Below, in pieces: positions 47,664 through 50,103 of a DNA stretch of 50,103 bases. This stretch comes from Promethearchaeota archaeon. GTDB lineage: Archaea; Asgardarchaeota; Lokiarchaeia; Sigyniarchaeales; SOKP01. The notes beneath the pieces were generated by a model. The model worked only from the letters and a program-made list of their open reading frames with translations, did not search any database and was not told the DNA's origin. Position numbers and translations under genes: made by a program. Position 1 is the first letter of the stretch. Each line of letters starts with the position of its first letter. The stretch covers positions 1-50,103 of the forward strand of contig JAFGOA010000105.1 in the NCBI GenBank assembly GCA_016926735.1. Direction: 5' to 3'.

Positions 47664-48809
47664 TTATTTATCTCTTTGACCTAAAGGAATAATCAAATAA
47701 AATGTTGTTCCCTCTTGTTTTGAAGTTTTAAAATCTACTTCAGCATTGAGAAAAGAGCTTAGAAGTTTCATACTATATGTACCTAAACCTCTATTAAAAC
47801 CTTTTGTAGAAAAAGATCTTTGAAATAATTGAAGTTGTATATCTTTAGAGATAAATCCAGGATTATTAACGTAAAAAATAACATTTTGATTATCAATGTT
47901 AGCTCCAATCGTTATTAACTCATTTTCTGAAGTAGCTTCAATTGCATTTATAACCATATTTTTAATTATTCTTCTCAATAGTGATATATCGGAATTAAAA
48001 GTTATATTTGCGGATTCAATATCAACTTGAATTTTTTTATTGTTAGACTGAATTGGATATTCATAAAGATCAAGAATTTCTTTTAATAATTCTAGTGTAT
48101 TAATTTTTTCATATTTCAATAAGAGTTTATTAACTTCTGCTGCATTTATTATTTGTTGAGATCGAATTTCATCAACTAAATGCTTAATAAAATATTCAAG
48201 TCTTTCAAATATAATTTTTTTTTTGGCAATATTTTCTTTTCTAAGCATTTGAATATTTAAATTTAATCCTGTAATAGTATTGAGTAAATCATGAAAAAAA
48301 ATCCTCTCATAAATTGCTGTTCTTTTTTCATGTTTAATATCTTGAATAGTTACTAAATAAAATTGGTTATTTTCAAATATAAAAGGGGATGACCAAATAC
48401 GAAGATCAAAAGCATTTTTTTTTTTACCAAGAATAAATCGTCCATCTTCTACAGCAGATACTCCATCTTGACTTTTTAAAATAACATTTAGAGCACCGCA
48501 ATAACTGCAGGCTTCTGTGGTTCCACACCCGCCCTCAGTCTCATAAGAATGGATACAATCCATAGCTTCTCCTGGTCTTTTTCCCAAAACTTCAGAAATC
48601 TCGTCTATCTTAGAAAATTCTAACGCAACTTTATTCATATAAATTATCTGTCTATATTGATTGATAATTAAAGTTATTGAAGGTATTTTTTCTAAGAATA
48701 TACTCAAATATTCAATATTTTTAATTAGTTCATTTTGTTTTAAAATATATTCCTTTGAGGCTCTTCCAAGCTCTATAATATTCTTTTCTTCTTTCAAGTT
48801 TTCAGTCAT
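47664..48809 (-). CDS. sensor histidine kinase with Cys-rich PAS-like domain
   Basis: H-box FFHDLLN, N-box NMVINAIEA, FSTKG..RGLG; CIH...GCG...C..C in the sensor. Confidence 0.9.
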   Translation of the reverse strand: MTENLKEEKNIIELGRASKEYILKQNELIKNIEYLSIFLEKIPSITLIINQYRQIIYMNKVALEFSKIDEISEVLGKRPGEAMDCIHSYETEGGCGTTEACSYCGALNVILKSQDGVSAVEDGRFILGKKKNAFDLRIWSSPFIFENNQFYLVTIQDIKHEKRTAIYERIFFHDLLNTITGLNLNIQMLRKENIAKKKIIFERLEYFIKHLVDEIRSQQIINAAEVNKLLLKYEKINTLELLKEILDLYEYPIQSNNKKIQVDIESANITFNSDISLLRRIIKNMVINAIEATSENELITIGANIDNQNVIFYVNNPGFISKDIQLQLFQRSFSTKGFNRGLGTYSMKLLSSFLNAEVDFKTSKQEGTTFYLIIPLGQRDK

Positions 48810-49057
48810 TTTTATAACAAAATTAAATTTTTAAAAGTGAGGATTCTTACTAAATCCCTAAATTCTTTATAATTATAGTCTTTTTTTTTTCTTTTAATGT
48901 TATTGATAATAAAAAATTATGTTCTTGCTGAAAGATAATTGATCAAAATTGGCATGGATTTAATTTGTTTTTTTTTTAATAAGGTTCTTTGTTAGAAATA
49001 TATTTATAAAATAATAAACAAAATTAGATATTAAAAATCACTTAGAATTGTTTTTTT

Positions 49058-49996
49058 ATGTATAATATAGATAATATAGACCCTAAGAAGATCTATGATT
49101 TGATTATCATAGGTACGGGGCCATCTGGTTTAGGATGTGCAATATATGCTGCTCGATTCGCATTAGATATACTTATTATTGGGAATCTATATGGAGGATT
49201 AATAACCACTACTCATATTGTTGAAAATTATCCAGGTATTCCATCTATTAGTGGTCCTGAATTAATGGAAAAATTTCGAGATCATATAAATTCCTTGGAT
49301 ATACCATATATTATTGATGAAATAAGAACAGTTAAAAAAGAAAATAATATCTTTGAATTAAAATCTTTTTTTAATAGTTTTAAAGCAAAAACAATTTGTT
49401 TCGCAATGGGTTCAAATCATAAAAAATTAGAAATTCCCGGAGAAGAGGAATTTGGGGGAAGAGGAGTATCATATTGTGCAACTTGTGATGGTCCCTTTTA
49501 TAAAAATAAGATTGTTGCTGTAATTGGAGGAAGTGATTCAGCTGCAAAAGAAGCATTATATCTCACCCAACATGCAAAAAAAGTTATAATAATCTACAGA
49601 AAAGATGAAATAAGAGCAGAACCAATTAATAAACAACGGGTATTAGAAAATGATAAAATCGAAATTATATACAATACGAACATCAAAGAGATTAAGGGAA
49701 ATGAAAAAGTATCTTCATTAGTACTTGATAATAACAATGAAATAAAATTAGATGCTGTCTTTATTGAAATAGGTGTTTTACCAAATTCAAATCTAGCCAA
49801 AATAATAGGTGTACAGACAAATGAAAAAGGAGAAATAATAATAAATAAAAAATCTGAGACAAATATTCCTGGAGTTTTTGCTGTTGGAGATGTAGCAGAC
49901 TCTCAATTCAAACAAGCAATTACAGGAGTATCTGAAGGCGTTATAGCAGCATATTCTGCTTTTGACTATTTAAAAAAAAAAAAAATAATCTATTAG
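49058..49996 (+). CDS. trxB: thioredoxin-disulfide reductase
   Basis: [30 protein letters not shown], FAVGD. Confidence 0.95.
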   Translation: [312 protein letters not shown]

Positions 49997-50049
49997 ATTA
50001 TCATAACTAATTTTTAACAGTTACTTAAAATCTGGACATCTGCAGACAT

Positions 50050-50103
50050 CCTCTTTTTGGCCTGTAACTGACGGCCGTGACCCCTCCCTATAGAAGAGGT
50101 CAA
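50050..50103 (+). ncRNA. probable 5' end of RNase P RNA (truncated by the window edge)
   Basis: Abrupt GC rise; TGGCCTGTAACTGACGGCC resembles the archaeal P1/P2/P3 entry (GCAGCUGACGGCC); hairpin TGACC...GGTCA. The diagnostic GAGGAAAG is not in the window. Confidence 0.45.

Noticed and set aside
7467-49800. Antisense or overlapping ORFs at 7467, 10070, 11419, 24178, 24314, 25767, 27271, 34477, 40036, 42885 and 49594
   Set aside because: All overlap well-supported genes and lack recognisable motifs.
25372-49996. Selenocysteine recoding in the redox genes
   Set aside because: No in-frame TGA interrupts any of these genes; no CxxU motif seen.

Overview
Very AT-rich archaeal chromosomal segment, most likely Lokiarchaeia (Asgard). 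Evidence: a Loki-CTERM-like sorting tail (IPGY + TM + basic), a longin/roadblock-type protein, intron-containing archaeal tRNAs, poly-T tracts and GGTG/GAGGT Shine-Dalgarno sites. The left 25 kb is mixed housekeeping and accessory DNA. It holds a broken C1A protease/dockerin gene, a 7-repeat membrane propeller plus wHTH pair, divergent tRNA-Arg(TCG) and tRNA-Asp(GTC) each with a 30-nt intron at a non-canonical site, an ArsR with three palindromic operators, HtpX, MutY-like, a PaxB-like cyclase, radical SAM, SAMP/MoaD, RNase Z, an ABC exporter and a corrinoid protein. The right 25 kb is a dense sulfur/Fe-S/redox island: tusA-dsrE-iscS-iscU-CoADR, SOR, ferritin-like, FprA, rubredoxin, NROR, CooS-like, Isf, glutaredoxins, FTR, a CCG protein, two PDOs, a His kinase and TrxR. 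The probable 5' end of RNase P RNA lies at the right edge. Best candidate novel system: an Fe-S/sulfur-relay operon whose IscS has Asp in place of the PLP lysine, whose IscU is fused to a degenerate TrxR domain, and which is flanked by TusA, DsrE and a four-domain CoA-persulfide reductase. Other highlights are several genes that appear to start at AUA/AUU codons and a CooS-V-like enzyme that is probably not a CODH. All calls come from manual motif reading; no searches were run.
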